A DNA stretch of 64,000 bases from Aureliella sp. (GTDB lineage: Bacteria > Planctomycetota > Planctomycetia > Pirellulales > Pirellulaceae): positions 2,496,001-2,560,000 of the forward strand of contig OY829846.1 of the NCBI GenBank assembly GCA_963691875.1. Direction: 5' to 3'. Each line of letters begins with the position of its first letter. Position 1 is the stretch's first letter. This document shows, in pieces, positions 9,327 through 21,393 of the stretch. Below the pieces are notes generated by a model. That model did no database searches. It had not been told where the DNA came from and was given only the letters and a program-made list of their open reading frames with translations. The position numbers were made by a program, and so were the translations under genes.

Positions 9327-12300
9327 ATGCACCTTTGCCGATCTTCTTTTGTCACACAAGCCATGCTTGCTGTCTTTTGCAGCTTAGTGACTTTTTGTGA
9401 ATCCGCTCACAGTCAATTTGAAATTCTCTTCAACGGCAGAACGCTGGATGGGTGGGCAGGTGCCTCCCCTCAAGGGGAAGCACAATGGAGAGTTGAAGAC
9501 GGAGCGATTGTCGGGGAGACAACAGAAAAGAATCCTGTTGCCGCCAACACCTTTCTAATATGGCAGGGAGGTGAGATTGCCGACTTCGAGTTCCGCTGCA
9601 AAGTGCGTTTTTCAGGTAACAACTCTGGAGTTCAGTACCGCAGTTATCGTCTCGATGAAAAGCCGTTCGCGCTCGCTGGCTACCAAGCCGATTTGCATTC
9701 GAAGCAATCTAACTTTGGAATGCTCTACAGCGAAAAAACTGGTCGTGGCATCATCGCTTCGCGTGGTGAGAAATGCCTGATCGACTCCGAAGGCAAAAAG
9801 AAGGTGCTCGGCGCGTTCGATGCGGACCAAGAGTTGGTCGACCAGCAGTGGAATGATTTGCGAATCATTGCAGTGGGCCGCCGACTCATTCATCAAGTCA
9901 ACGGGAAGACAACTGTGGATGTTACGGACGAACACGCAAAAGCACTAAAGCAAGGGCTATTAGGTCTTCAGTTGCATCGGGGCCCCGCAATGAAAGTCGA
10001 GTATCGAAATCTACTACTTCGCAAACTTAGCGACAAAGAGGGGGCAAAGCTGCTTCAGGAAGTGGAGAAGACTGCTAAGCCTGCCGCTAAAACGACAGCG
10101 AAGCCAGCTAAAATAGCCGAGGAAGGCAAAGGGGCCTGGCTGAACGCCAAGCCGAAGCCATCCTGGATCTGGAGCAAGCAGCCAAAGAACAATGAGTCAC
10201 TCTGGTTCCGCAAAAGTTTCGAAGTCGCAGATAAAAAGATCCAGTCCGCGCAACTCTACGTCACATGCGACAACGTTATTGAGCTCTTTGTGAACGGCAA
10301 GTCGCAATTGCGATCCAGTTCTTGGGAAAAGGCAGACCAACGCGACCTTTCAAAGTTGCTCAGAGCTGGAAACAACGTGCTAGGCGCGGCCTGCCAAAAC
10401 CAGGGTAGTGAAGCTGGGCTGCTGCTCAAACTTCGCATTCGCTACGCTGATGGGACGGAACAATCCATTGCCACGGACGACAGCTGGAGCATGTCGGCCA
10501 AGGCAAGTGAAAACTGGAACCAGATCACCGGCGACGCAGCAAGCTGGAGCAATGCCGTCACGCGTTATCCGCTCGGCAAAGGCCCTTGGGGAATTCCGGG
10601 GTTCTCGAGTGGCGGTGGAAACCGGAATTCTGGTGACCAGCTTACCGCTCTCGAATCGCGCCACATTATGACGCCACCTGGGTTCCTCGTCGAAAGGATC
10701 TACTCCGTACCAAAGGAGCAAGGAAGCTGGGTTTCGATGGCGACCGATCCCCAGGGGCGTATTTACGCTTGTGACCAAGGCGGAGCGGGCCTTTACCGAC
10801 TGACGCTAAAGCAGGGACAAGTTGCTAAAGTCGAGAAGGTCTCGCAGGGCTCATTGTCGGGTGTCTCCGGTGCGCAAGGGCTGCTCTGGGCCTACGACAG
10901 CTTGTGGGTGCATCGCAATGGCGGCAATTTGATGCGGCTACGCGATACCGATGGCGATGGAAACTTGGATTCGGTCGAGACCATTCCAAGCACGCGAGGT
11001 GGCGGAGAGCATGGCAACCACGCAGTGATCCTTACCGAGGATGGCAAAGGGATCTACATGAATAGTGGTAATCATTCGCCCTTGCACGAGTATGCTTCGC
11101 GTAGTGTGCCAAGCTGGAATGAGGATTTGTTACTGCCCAGAATGTGGGACGCTCGTGGGCACGCACGCGGACGATTGGCGCCAGGTGGCTGGATCACGCG
11201 ACTCGATCCAAACTCACTCAAACAAACTGTGCATGCAATCGGCTTTCGAAACCAATACGATATTACACTCAATCGCTTCGGAGACTTGTTCACCTACGAT
11301 GCGGATATGGAGTGGGATCTTGGATTGCCTTGGTATCGCCCGACTCGAATTTGCCAGCCAGTGAGCGGTGCAGAGTTTGGCTGGCGTAGCGGTTCGGGCA
11401 AATGGCCAAGCTACTACGAAGACAGTCTGCCACCTGTTGTTGAAATCGGACCGGGCTCTCCCACTGGCGTCATCTCTGCACGGGAAGCAAAATTCCCCAC
11501 CCGTTATCGAGATGCGATCATTGCGTTGGACTGGACATTCGGCACGATTTACGCCGTTCACTTAAAACCCCAAGGAGCTGGGTACACCGGCGAGGCCGAG
11601 CACTTTGTGTACAGCAATCCGTTGCCTGTCACGGACGCAATCATTCACGAAGGTGATCTCCTCTTCACTGTCGGCGGCCGAGGCACTCAATCCGCAATGT
11701 TCCGAGTGCGTTATGTGGGTCACGAACTGACTCAAAGTCCGTCTGCGGTCGAAACCTCTGCAGCCGCAGCTCGCGAGAAGCGACGAAAGCTCGAGGTGTT
11801 CCATGGCGTCGAAAATCCAGACGCAGTAGCTAAGGCATGGCCATTTCTCAACCACGAAGATCGCTACCTGCGTTACGCGGCGAGGATAGCCATTGAGAGC
11901 CAACCAGTGAATGCCTGGAGCACTTTGGTCTACGCCGAGCAAGATCCAAGATCTCGAATCGTTGCGACTCTGGCTCTTGCCCGTACCGGCACCGAGGCGC
12001 ATCGCAAGCCTGCAATCAAGGGGCTACTGGAGCTCAGGCCGGCAGACCTTAGTGACGAAGATAAGCTGCGTTTGCTGCGAAGCTATGCAGTTAGCTTTAT
12101 ACGACTCGGGCGTCCGACGGAAGTCGAACGGAAGGCGATCTTGGCGCAGCTGGATCCGTTGTTGCCCAGCAAAAGCGGCGATGTAAACACTGAGTTGATT
12201 CGAGTGCTGACTTACTTAACTAGCCCGAATTTGCTTTCGAAAGCGATGCCGCTAATAGTCAATCCCCAGCCACCTGAACTGCCTGATTGGTCGGAGCTAG

Positions 12301-13100
12301 CGTCAAGGAATTCGCGATATGGAGGCGCGGTGCTCGCGATGCTCAAGAATCATCCGCCAACACGAGAGATCGGGTATGCCTTTATCTTGAGAAACATGCG
12401 GACAGGTTGGACGCTTGAGCAGCGTCGACAGTACTTTGAGTTTCTCAATCAGGCCGCTAAGTACTCCGGTGGTGCAAGTTATCCTGGATACCTCAGTCGC
12501 ATTCGCGATGAAGCTCTAGAAAACTGTAGCAACGAAGAGCGCGAAGCACTCGCCGATGTAACCGGAGAAAACTTCAACCCATCACCAGATTTTCCGATTC
12601 ACGATCCTGTAGGCCCCGGAAAAGCCTGGGAGCTAAATGAAGCGATTGCAGCCGCCGGTGCCAAGCCGAACTTTGAAAATGGTCGATCGCTTTACTTCTC
12701 CGCCAAGTGTGCAAACTGCCATCGACTTGGCGGGCTCGGAGGCAACATAGGCCCCGACTTGACGAGTGTGCCTAATAAGTTCGATCGTCGCTACGTAGTC
12801 GAAGCAATCGTGAATCCAAGCAAGAACATCTCGGATCAGTATGGAAGCTCCATCGTGCTGCTTGAAGACGGGCGGGTGCTCAATGGCTTGGCCGTCGAAG
12901 GAGAAAATACCTGGACGATCTATCCAATGCAACCAGATGCTATGGAAGAAATCGTTGAGAAGGACGAGGTTGAAGCAATGCGCAACTCTTCTGTATCTCA
13001 GATGCCAAGCGAGCTCCTCAACAACTTGAATGCACAAGAAATTGCGGATCTCGTCGGCTACATCATGGCAGCAGGAGATCCAAAGAAGTTTCCCAAATAG
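9327..13100 (+). CDS. Secreted multidomain PVC-type heme-binding protein: DUF1080 + jelly-roll + dehydrogenase-like beta-propeller + HEAT-like + cytochrome c
   Basis: Signal peptide; [24 protein letters not shown] (DUF1080); [30 protein letters not shown]-terminal CANCH and GPDLT. Confidence 0.88.
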   Translation: MHLCRSSFVTQAMLAVFCSLVTFCESAHSQFEILFNGRTLDGWAGASPQGEAQWRVEDGAIVGETTEKNPVAANTFLIWQGGEIADFEFRCKVRFSGNNSGVQYRSYRLDEKPFALAGYQADLHSKQSNFGMLYSEKTGRGIIASRGEKCLIDSEGKKKVLGAFDADQELVDQQWNDLRIIAVGRRLIHQVNGKTTVDVTDEHAKALKQGLLGLQLHRGPAMKVEYRNLLLRKLSDKEGAKLLQEVEKTAKPAAKTTAKPAKIAEEGKGAWLNAKPKPSWIWSKQPKNNESLWFRKSFEVADKKIQSAQLYVTCDNVIELFVNGKSQLRSSSWEKADQRDLSKLLRAGNNVLGAACQNQGSEAGLLLKLRIRYADGTEQSIATDDSWSMSAKASENWNQITGDAASWSNAVTRYPLGKGPWGIPGFSSGGGNRNSGDQLTALESRHIMTPPGFLVERIYSVPKEQGSWVSMATDPQGRIYACDQGGAGLYRLTLKQGQVAKVEKVSQGSLSGVSGAQGLLWAYDSLWVHRNGGNLMRLRDTDGDGNLDSVETIPSTRGGGEHGNHAVILTEDGKGIYMNSGNHSPLHEYASRSVPSWNEDLLLPRMWDARGHARGRLAPGGWITRLDPNSLKQTVHAIGFRNQYDITLNRFGDLFTYDADMEWDLGLPWYRPTRICQPVSGAEFGWRSGSGKWPSYYEDSLPPVVEIGPGSPTGVISAREAKFPTRYRDAIIALDWTFGTIYAVHLKPQGAGYTGEAEHFVYSNPLPVTDAIIHEGDLLFTVGGRGTQSAMFRVRYVGHELTQSPSAVETSAAAAREKRRKLEVFHGVENPDAVAKAWPFLNHEDRYLRYAARIAIESQPVNAWSTLVYAEQDPRSRIVATLALARTGTEAHRKPAIKGLLELRPADLSDEDKLRLLRSYAVSFIRLGRPTEVERKAILAQLDPLLPSKSGDVNTELIRVLTYLTSPNLLSKAMPLIVNPQPPELPDWSELASRNSRYGGAVLAMLKNHPPTREIGYAFILRNMRTGWTLEQRRQYFEFLNQAAKYSGGASYPGYLSRIRDEALENCSNEEREALADVTGENFNPSPDFPIHDPVGPGKAWELNEAIAAAGAKPNFENGRSLYFSAKCANCHRLGGLGGNIGPDLTSVPNKFDRRYVVEAIVNPSKNISDQYGSSIVLLEDGRVLNGLAVEGENTWTIYPMQPDAMEEIVEKDEVEAMRNSSVSQMPSELLNNLNAQEIADLVGYIMAAGDPKKFPK

Positions 13101-13165
13101 TTCAAGCCGGATTCCAAGCCCAAGAGGACTTTTCGAATCCAGAACGCGGCATCACAATATCGACG

Positions 13166-13642
13166 ATGAAGATTTGGATTGATGCGGATGCCGCGCCGCG
13201 GCCGGTGAAAGATGTCGTTTTTCGCGCTGCGCGAAAGAACAAGTTAGAGACGATCTTAGTAGCGAATCAGTCGATCGCTACACCGCCCGGTGTGAGCAGT
13301 ATTCGCTCTATTGCCGTCAGGCACGGCGCCAACGAAGCGGACAACTACATTGCAGAACACGCGGAGCCAGGGGATATGGTCATCACTGCCGACATTCCTT
13401 TGGCAGAACGCTTGGTTCAACAAGAGATCGTAACAATTGATCCGCGCGGTGAACAATATCACGCAGACAATATTGCTTCTCGCCTTTCAATGCGTGATTT
13501 CATGGATGACCTGCGGGGTGCAGGAGCCGAACTTGGCGGTAGCCGCCCTTACAATGACGTCGACAAGCGAGAATTCTCCTCAACCTTTGACCGCCTCCTA
13601 CATCGCCTGATGCGTGACGCAAGTAGAAAAGGGCCCGAGTAA
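13166..13642 (+). CDS. YaiI/YqxD family protein (UPF0178, DUF188)
   Basis: [31 protein letters not shown]. Confidence 0.92.
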   Translation: MKIWIDADAAPRPVKDVVFRAARKNKLETILVANQSIATPPGVSSIRSIAVRHGANEADNYIAEHAEPGDMVITADIPLAERLVQQEIVTIDPRGEQYHADNIASRLSMRDFMDDLRGAGAELGGSRPYNDVDKREFSSTFDRLLHRLMRDASRKGPE

Positions 13643-13667
13643 GCGGGGACATCTTCTTTCTCCGCTT
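13641..13667. terminator. Hairpin between convergent genes
   Basis: AAGCGGGGA / TCTCCGCTT stem with one G-U pair. Confidence 0.4.
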
Positions 13668-13698
13668 GCTTAACTGGCGGGCGAAGTCACACGAATAA

Positions 13699-14775
13699 CT
13701 ACCGATCCAATGGTAGCTCGCAAGCCTGAAGCAACGTCCGCTGCACGGCCATGTCGTGCTCAACCGGGAAGTCAATTTCCTTTTCACCGCGAATGATGTC
13801 TGCCATGTCCGCGGCATCCGCGACGTAGCGTGTGTACTTCGGAAAGGTAATGTCCTGGTAGCCAGACTTGTATGAGCCTCGCTTTTTCGAGAATGCAACG
13901 CGAGCCGACGGACGGTCAAGCGGCTGGATGTGAAAAGTTCCCTCGGTGCCACAAAGAACAAAGTGACGCCGTGCGAATCCTTCCACTTCGACAGCCGATG
14001 ATTTGACACTGGCGATGGCGTCAGGATACTTCAGCACCGCCAGCATGTTGTCGAGCAATCCGTCTTCCGCAGCCGCAACATGCTGATTGATTGGCAGCAC
14101 CTGCTGCGGCGTACCGAGCACTCCGATGACTAAATCAAGAATGTGACACCCGAGCTCGAACATGATGCCACCGGGATACTCAGCCAGCTCTTTTCGCGAC
14201 TGAGGCGGAACCACTTTACTCATCACGGTGTGAATCTCGAAAACCTCTCCCAACCAACCTTGAGAAAGAAATTCTCGAAGCAGGACGATCGCGGGGTTGT
14301 AGCGGTACATGTAGCCCATCTGAACGAGCAGTTCCTGCCGCTTCGCGGACAAAAGGATGCGTTCGAATTGCGGAAGTGACTCCCCCGCTGGCTTGTCTAG
14401 GTGAACATGCTTGCCAGCTGCCACGCAAGCTTCTGCAATGTCGAGTAGATCCCTCACGCGAGTCTCTACCAGCACAGCATCCAACCCTTCCGTATTGAGC
14501 AATTGTTCCTGCGTCAGCCAAGGAACGTCTTGGAAAACATCCTTCTCTTTCGCGGTCTGTCGCAACTGTTCGTCTGGCTCAACGAGACCTACCACCTCGT
14601 AGTCGGGCGAACTGCGATAAACCGAAAGCTTGGTGGCGTGTGCGTGCCCAACACCGATTTGCCCAATGCGTATAGGTCGCTGCTTGCTCTCCTTCGCTCG
14701 AAGTATCGTGCCTCCGATCAATAGACTACCAGCAGTTACAGCCTGCATGAACTTGCGACGGTCTACTTGATGCAA
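13699..14775 (-). CDS. Gfo/Idh/MocA family oxidoreductase, Tat-exported
   Basis: DRRKFM Tat motif, IGQIGVGHAH, GKHVHLDKP, ELGCH. Confidence 0.9.
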   Translation of the reverse strand: MHQVDRRKFMQAVTAGSLLIGGTILRAKESKQRPIRIGQIGVGHAHATKLSVYRSSPDYEVVGLVEPDEQLRQTAKEKDVFQDVPWLTQEQLLNTEGLDAVLVETRVRDLLDIAEACVAAGKHVHLDKPAGESLPQFERILLSAKRQELLVQMGYMYRYNPAIVLLREFLSQGWLGEVFEIHTVMSKVVPPQSRKELAEYPGGIMFELGCHILDLVIGVLGTPQQVLPINQHVAAAEDGLLDNMLAVLKYPDAIASVKSSAVEVEGFARRHFVLCGTEGTFHIQPLDRPSARVAFSKKRGSYKSGYQDITFPKYTRYVADAADMADIIRGEKEIDFPVEHDMAVQRTLLQACELPLDR

Positions 14776-14903
14776 TTCTCTATTCCTCGCAAAAGGCGAA
14801 TTTATTAACGGATAAGGATCGGAAAGCGTATTCTAGGCCGTTACCGCACACGAGGTGAGGCCGTTGCCAAAGATTGGCAGAAGCTGTTTTCTCCACGTGT
14901 CTT

Positions 14904-16286
14904 CTAACCAATCAGCTCTGGCAGTGGGCCGTAAATGTCAAGATCCTTCAATGCAGGATCGATATCACCGAAGCTTTCGTCAATCTGCATTCCGGAAGAG
15001 GCCATCAAGCTCTGGTGTAGCATGCTAAGCGGACGGTGGCCGGATTTAGAGTAGGATGGATAAGCGATGTAACGTCCCATCTTGAGCTCGCCAGCCATTC
15101 CGCCCACCAGCACAACCGGCCAGTCGCGGCCACCTCCATGATGCTTCCCGCCAGCGCAACTCAGGTAGACGATTAGAGTGTTGTCCAACATCGTTCCGTC
15201 GCCTTCTCGGATCGCATCGAATTGCGCCGCCATCTTGTGAATCAAACTGAGATGATAGGCATCGATCATCTTGCGCATTTCGGTCGAGGTAAATCCATTG
15301 GAAGTTCCACCATGCCCGATCGCATGCAATCCCATACTGCCAATGCCAAGATCTTGGTACATGGTGCCTAGCGTATCGAGTCGATAGCTGACTACATTGG
15401 TGAGCCCCGCAATCAGGGCTGCAGCGCCCATCTCCAGTTGCGCTTCCATTCGCGGCATGTGCTGCATCTTGGTGTACTTGTCCGCATCGTAGTCAGGCAT
15501 GAACGTCTTGATCTTGTTTTTGAGCACCGCCTTGCGTTGCTCGCGGACTTTGAGGGATTCGAACGTGTCGATGTAGCCGTCGAATTGTTCGCGATCTTCT
15601 GCAGCGAGTTGCTTTCTGATTCGCCCCGCGTCGTCGTTGAGGAAATCCATCACGTTGCGTTTGATGAGGGACTTGTTCTTCAATTTGTCCGCTGGTAGCA
15701 CAGCACTGCCGAACAACTCATTGAAGGCCTTGGTCGGGGAGGCTTGATAGGCAACGGCCTGTCCTTTCTCGTACGCCGACATCGTCGGGTAAACATAGGC
15801 ATCGGAGGGTACGGACGCCTGACCACGGACGACCGCGTTCATGGCAAATCCAAACATCGGATAAGGGCCAGTAGAATGGTGCATGCCGAGCAAGGCGTCG
15901 ACCGATGGTCCAACTGGAGTTAGCTCCGAGTTGCGACATGAAAGCGTTCCGAAGCCCGAAGTAGGATTTCCTTTGAGGTTGTTGCCTGATAAGCCTTGCA
16001 GGATGGTCACCCGATCCTTCATCCCTGAGAGTGGCTGGAATATCTCTGGCACTTCATAGTTATCCAATGAGACATCTACGAGCCGATCGCGCTGTTCCTG
16101 GTATTCAGGCAGGCCGTCGGGAACAAGGTTCGCATTGTCGATGCCGCTCGACTTGACGATGAATACAAACCGCTTGGGAAACTCTGCTGAGTCTGCTGCA
16201 GCGATTGATCGCAACAACGGCGAGAACAAAGCTGCTCCAGAACCAAGTGAAACGCCACGCAAGATTTCTCGTCGGTGAAAATGCAT
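14904..16286 (-). CDS. DUF1552 domain protein
   Basis: RREILRG Tat-like leader, PKRFVFIVKSSG, AALIAGLTNVV, EGDGTMLDNTLIVY, WPVVLVGG; lies downstream of a DUF1592-type gene. Confidence 0.88.
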   Translation of the reverse strand: MHFHRREILRGVSLGSGAALFSPLLRSIAAADSAEFPKRFVFIVKSSGIDNANLVPDGLPEYQEQRDRLVDVSLDNYEVPEIFQPLSGMKDRVTILQGLSGNNLKGNPTSGFGTLSCRNSELTPVGPSVDALLGMHHSTGPYPMFGFAMNAVVRGQASVPSDAYVYPTMSAYEKGQAVAYQASPTKAFNELFGSAVLPADKLKNKSLIKRNVMDFLNDDAGRIRKQLAAEDREQFDGYIDTFESLKVREQRKAVLKNKIKTFMPDYDADKYTKMQHMPRMEAQLEMGAAALIAGLTNVVSYRLDTLGTMYQDLGIGSMGLHAIGHGGTSNGFTSTEMRKMIDAYHLSLIHKMAAQFDAIREGDGTMLDNTLIVYLSCAGGKHHGGGRDWPVVLVGGMAGELKMGRYIAYPSYSKSGHRPLSMLHQSLMASSGMQIDESFGDIDPALKDLDIYGPLPELIG

Positions 16287-16297
16287 CCGGGGCTCCG

Positions 16298-18927
16298 TTA
16301 CTTGCGATAAAGGAAGGAATCAGAAGAAAGCAACGCAACAACAACAGCTTTAAAGCTACCACCACTTTCCAGGTAGGCTCTTTCTGCATCGATCAGCGTC
16401 GAAGAATCACTGAGAGTTTCATTGCGGCCCATGAAGTACCGGAAGGCATGGCGGATAATCGATTGGCGTACGCGAGGTGACTTGGCCAAAATGCGGCACA
16501 TCTCGGTTGCATCAGAGAACTCACCGTTTAAACCCGGGATACCGATCTCGTCAAACGAGCCTCGCGCGTTGACTGGCTGGCTCGTAATCCTCCCGCTCGC
16601 AAGTAGTTCTTCGTGGTTGATCATCCGAAACACGGACCGTGTTCTGTCGTCTTCTTCGTACTCGTGAAAAGTCCTCAAGCGGGTGAGCAGTTTCTCTTCT
16701 TCGTCAAAGTAGTCTGCATCGATCCAGCGTCCGTAGTGATTGTAGATCTCAAAAGCTTCGCCAAGAGGATTAACCTTGTGGTGGCACTTCCAGCATTCAT
16801 CCTGTCGCAAAAACTCCATTCTTTCGCGAAGCGTCTTGCTGTGATCCTCAGGAACTTGAGCATCAACGTCCGGCGGTACATCCGGCATGTACCCAGCCAG
16901 CAGCTTTTCGTAAATCCAAATGCCACGCCTGACCGGATCGTTCTCAGCATTGAAGGAATGCGCAACGAGCCATGCCGGATGCGTAAGCACTCCAGCCCTT
17001 TGGTTTTCAGTCAGGCGAAGAGGCTGATCTGGCTGCCAGTCCTTCATGGTCATGTTGTACATGGTCACCGCATGCGAACATTTGAAGCCCGGGTGTTTGA
17101 CGACCGTTACCGGATCCTGCTGCAGGGACTGAATTTATTTCTCTGTCGCGGCAAGCTTGGTTTTTGCAGCGTTTTCGGCCCCAGCAATCACGTTGGCCAT
17201 CAAGCTGGGATTATTGCGATACTTGGGTTTCTTCATGTGGCCTTTGATCACGCTCTGTTTCTCTCGCTCGAGATCAAACTCGTCCACAAACTTCTTCAGT
17301 CGCGTTAGTTCATCCACGCGTCGCTGCCGAGCTAACTCCATCTCAGGACCGTCTGAAGCTACACCGCTGTGCTTGACGACGACTTCGTTGGTCGACAGCA
17401 TGCGTTCGAAGACGTTCTTATCATCACGTAGGATGACTTTGAGCAGCGCGTCGGCTTCAGAAATCATTGCTGACGCGTTCACGTAGACGTTATGCAAATT
17501 CGCTTCGTGCGCATCCTTGAAAACTTCGCCACAGCGGTTGTAGCCAAAGAACTCGTGAAAGAACCGGAGCAACCTTGGAGCAGGATTACTTCCTCCAGCC
17601 GGAAAGACCTCGTGATCCAAAACCTGCGTTACAACGCGTCTTACGTCCTCACGAGTATCCAACTCGCCCCTAGCAAGTGCTTGGCCGATCAGACCTGGCG
17701 AGGCCGTTCCCTTTTTCACTCCTCCCAAGGGCCCAGAATCGAAGATTGCATAAGACAAGGCAAAGGCGAGTTCTTCCGGTGAGAGCATGCGACGGCCGTA
17801 CTCGTCCTCGGGTCCCAGTACCCATTCCTGCCGGTAGATGGCTTCTGGAGAAAGGTAGATTGCGACAAGTGCACCTTTTAAGCTCTCGCGAGGGTCTTTC
17901 GTGTCAGCCAAATTCTGCTTCATTAACTGAACGTATTTTTGTATCTCCTCGTCGTTCGGCACTCGCGAGGCAAATCGCTGGAAAGTGGATTTCAGTGGTG
18001 CCAAAATCTGTTCTTCAGTCAACTCTGATCCATCGGTACCTTGCAGAAAGGGATCGAACTCGTGGGCTCGCCTCGGCTTCGCAGCTTGCGTCGGCTGTGC
18101 GTCTAACTTGGCGGAAGCTTTGCTACTCTTGTTCTGAGTAATTTTGCCTGGATGCTTTGTACTGCGCCCTTGTTCCTTCAGCAGTTGTTCGGCCTCGTCG
18201 AGAATCTTCTGGCTGAACTTCTCGCCCTCTCGCTTCCTAGCATCCGCAGCCTGCAGATCACGCTCGGCACCGCCAGTTAGCTGATCAAAGGTATAATCAA
18301 TTTCAGCGTTTGCATTGAGAACGATAGTTTCCACCACGCTTGAGCCTACGAAGCTGGTCTTAGCGTAGTCTCGCAGTCCCGATTTCCGAGTCGAAAAGGT
18401 GTATGGGTTCTGAGTTTTTGCTTTTCCAATCGCCCGCACATCACCCGCAAAAATATAAGGACTTCGCCGCCAGACGCGCGAAGGAGTGAAGGGCTTTGCA
18501 TCAATCTTGCCACTAAATAACAATTCGTGATCGACAAGATTCCCGTATTGCGGCAACATCTTTTTGCGTCGGTACGACTCAGCATGGCCCGAATCGAGTA
18601 ATGCTCTCTCAATCCAGGAAATGGCTCGTGATCTTTCCGTCGAATCCGGCCTCTCTTCTTCCAGTGGCGGCATTAGCCCGCTTGAAGTTGCTCCAAGGTT
18701 TTCAGCCAGATACTCGCCTGCTCAGCAGAATCGAGCATTTGCCCCATATTGCTGAGGTCAATCCCGCTCTCTGCACCAGAGCCGCTATGGCAGTGGTTGC
18801 AATGCTTTTGGAGGAAAGGGCTGACAACCGAGTCGAAGGCATCTGCCCCAAGTCGGTCGATCGACTCTTGAGCTAAGGTCAACGCCGGAAAACAGAAGCA
18901 CAGGATCGCGAGAATCTTGGTTTTCAT
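16298..18927 (-). pseudogene. DUF1592/DUF1588/DUF1585 cytochrome-c-domain protein disrupted by a frameshift and a nonsense codon
   Basis: N-terminal CNHCH; GGC-TA-ATG at 18673-18676 (1-bp deletion in QAGxMPP); in-frame TAA 17135-17137; C-terminal RAGVLTHPAWL, DPVRRG, CWKCH, FRYFMGRNET, SDSFLYRK. Confidence 0.88.
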
Positions 18928-19104
18928 CCTTCCGCCACTTTCAACCGAACTTTGCGTTTGCTAGATACCTAGATTATGGCGGGAAATGGGCCGAGATGCG
19001 ATATTTAAAAGAATTAGAAGCCTCTGTTCGGGCCTGAAGTTCTCGATGACAGAAGGTGCAGGTTCTTGGGACGCTTGGCGAGTGGCTCAAGGTCTTTTCG
19101 CTAT

Positions 19105-21165
19105 CTACCTCGGGCCTGGTGGTAAGTTCTCAATCAGATACCGAAGGATCTTCATGCGGACATGCACGACCGTTCCATTTCCTTCGCGAAGGCCGTGGTC
19201 GCGATTCGGATAAACCATGTAATCAAATGGCTTCTCTAGTTCGATCAGACGGTCAATAAGCCCTTCGATAATTTGAATGTGAGTATTCGTTTCGCCGGAG
19301 CCGGTCATGATTAACAACTTGCCCTTGAGTCCCTCCGCAAAATTGATGGGTGCCGATTTCTCATACCCCGCTGCGTTGACTTCACGTGTCCGCATGTAAA
19401 TCTCTTGGAACCAGGCGTTGTATAGCCATGGTTGCGGTTTCGGCACCACAGCGATTCCAACGTCATACAGCTCTGGCTGTCGAAACATTGCGTTCAATGT
19501 ATTCGAGCCACCGCCACTCCAGCCCCAAATCGCAACGCGATCAAGATCAATATAGGACTTCATCGCCGCGAGTTTCTTCAATCCCTCGGCTTGCTCCTTA
19601 GTAGAGAGTGGACCGAGGCTACCAAAGATGCTTCGCCGCCAAGCGGCACCTTTCGGACAAGCTGTTCCACGGTTGTCGATAGACACGACAACGTAACCTG
19701 CATCCGCCACAACGCGGTGGAAGTCCGTTTGGCCGGCGCCCCAACGATCAAGCACGGTTTGCGAGTAGGGCTCGCCGTAGACGTAAACGAGTACCGGATA
19801 CTTCTTCTTTCTGTCGAAGTCGCTTGGTTGGGTGATACAGGCATCCATGACGATCCCATCCCCAATGTCGATCTGAGCGAATTCTGTGGCACGGGGCACC
19901 AACTCGCGAAAGCGTTCTCGCAGACGCTGGTTGTCGTTAATGAGTCGCACTTGCTCGTGCTTTGGCAATCTGACGAGGTCAACAACAGGCGGATCGTTGA
20001 GCGTGGAATAAGTGTGAATCGCCCATTTCGCGTCGGGAGACAGAACATATTCATGCGTCCCGACTTGATCGGCCGGCGTAAGCTGCTGGAGCTCACCTGA
20101 GCCATCTAACGGAACACGGCAAAGGTACTTTTGAGTTGCGTTGCTAGGCGACGCATAAAAGTAGTACCAGCCACCTGACTCGTCGACGAAAACTCGATCG
20201 ATGATATCGTATTCACCAGGCGTCAGCTTGGTTTCCGTTTTGCCGTCTCGAGAGTAGATATATGCCTGTCGCCAACCTTCCTTTTCACTGATGAAGATGA
20301 ACGCATCGCCGCCTTGAATCCAGTGCGCCCCGGAGTTGATCCCATGACTGCCAACGGCCCAGGCCTCGTTCGTCTCAGAGTAAATTTGCTTCAATGTACC
20401 GTCCGCTTTTGCGAGCCAGAATTCACGCGTATCGCGAAAGCGACTGAGAGTTTCGATTAAGAGCTCCTCTGAATCGGGCACCCAGTCAACTTGCCCCAGG
20501 TAGAACCCCTCCTTGGGCTGCGGCAGCTCAACCCAATGCACTTCACTGTGGCCGAGAGTTTCGAGATCGACTTTGACGATTCCGACTCGCAACTCTTCTA
20601 TCTTCTCTCCTACCCTTGCGAATCTGCGCTGCCTTACACCAGGGTAGCTTGGATCAGATGGCACCGTCACGGATCGCAGGCGCACGTTTGTTCGGTCGGA
20701 CTCAATGAAAGCAACAAAGTTACTATCCGAGTTCCAGCGAAAGCTATGAAAAGAAACATCCCGTTTGTCGCCATTCGTAATTAGCGGAGCCGATTCCTGG
20801 TTGCGTCCCGGCCGCTCGAGGTACAGAAATTTATTTCTTGCGACTAGCCTCAGCTCGCTATCGGGTGACAGCCGTTTGTCACTTGGGCCTTTTCCTTGGA
20901 CGACTTGCCGCTCTCCCGTGGCGACAGTGTACTGGGCAGTGACTTGCCGGCCTGAGCGACGCTCTCTTTCACGCACTTGATATGCGGAGGAATCTTCCAG
21001 CCAATTTGCATTGACGTTCGGTGCTCGAAATTCTCCACGCTCATAGACCCCTTTCAGTCTTTCGCTTGCCGCTTTTCTCCATTCCTGACACGACGCTTCT
21101 TGGGCGAGCAGTTGAGTTGATAAGACGAGGGCGGTGAACGCAATTTTGGCAAAGTGGTGAGGCAT
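19105..21165 (-). CDS. S9 family dipeptidyl-peptidase IV-like serine peptidase
   Basis: Signal peptide from ATG 21165; YPVLVYVYGEP, DNRGT, nucleophile motif GWSGGG, YPNRDH. Confidence 0.92.
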   Translation of the reverse strand: MPHHFAKIAFTALVLSTQLLAQEASCQEWRKAASERLKGVYERGEFRAPNVNANWLEDSSAYQVRERERRSGRQVTAQYTVATGERQVVQGKGPSDKRLSPDSELRLVARNKFLYLERPGRNQESAPLITNGDKRDVSFHSFRWNSDSNFVAFIESDRTNVRLRSVTVPSDPSYPGVRQRRFARVGEKIEELRVGIVKVDLETLGHSEVHWVELPQPKEGFYLGQVDWVPDSEELLIETLSRFRDTREFWLAKADGTLKQIYSETNEAWAVGSHGINSGAHWIQGGDAFIFISEKEGWRQAYIYSRDGKTETKLTPGEYDIIDRVFVDESGGWYYFYASPSNATQKYLCRVPLDGSGELQQLTPADQVGTHEYVLSPDAKWAIHTYSTLNDPPVVDLVRLPKHEQVRLINDNQRLRERFRELVPRATEFAQIDIGDGIVMDACITQPSDFDRKKKYPVLVYVYGEPYSQTVLDRWGAGQTDFHRVVADAGYVVVSIDNRGTACPKGAAWRRSIFGSLGPLSTKEQAEGLKKLAAMKSYIDLDRVAIWGWSGGGSNTLNAMFRQPELYDVGIAVVPKPQPWLYNAWFQEIYMRTREVNAAGYEKSAPINFAEGLKGKLLIMTGSGETNTHIQIIEGLIDRLIELEKPFDYMVYPNRDHGLREGNGTVVHVRMKILRYLIENLPPGPR

Positions 21166-21263
21166 GCTTTTTGATTCTCGTTGGAGTAGCGAAGTTCGCT
21201 CTGGAAATTCGATCGCGGCGAGTTTCGAAACTCTCGTCATTAGGCCGACAGGCACGCTAAAAT

Positions 21264-21292
21264 TTGATGCACACCCGTTGCAAGTGTATAGT
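21264..21292 (+). promoter_or_regulatory. Sigma70-like promoter overlapped by a TGCA-N7-TGCA operator
   Basis: TTGATG (21264-21269), 17-nt spacer, TATAGT (21287-21292); TGCAcacccgtTGCA at 21268-21282. Confidence 0.6.
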
Positions 21293-21393
21293 CACTGCAT
21301 TAACGGCCAGAATATCAGCAGCGAATAGCGAGCCACTTGTCGGTTTTCGTTGTTTCTCCCAGGCAGGAATTGTAACCGAGCAAGAAGAACCGG

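Noticed and set aside
2494..17137. Stop-codon reassignment or readthrough to explain the in-frame TAA/TAG codons
   Set aside because: TAA, TAG and TGA all terminate intact genes in this window, the internal stops replace different residues, and frameshifts occur in the same gene set.
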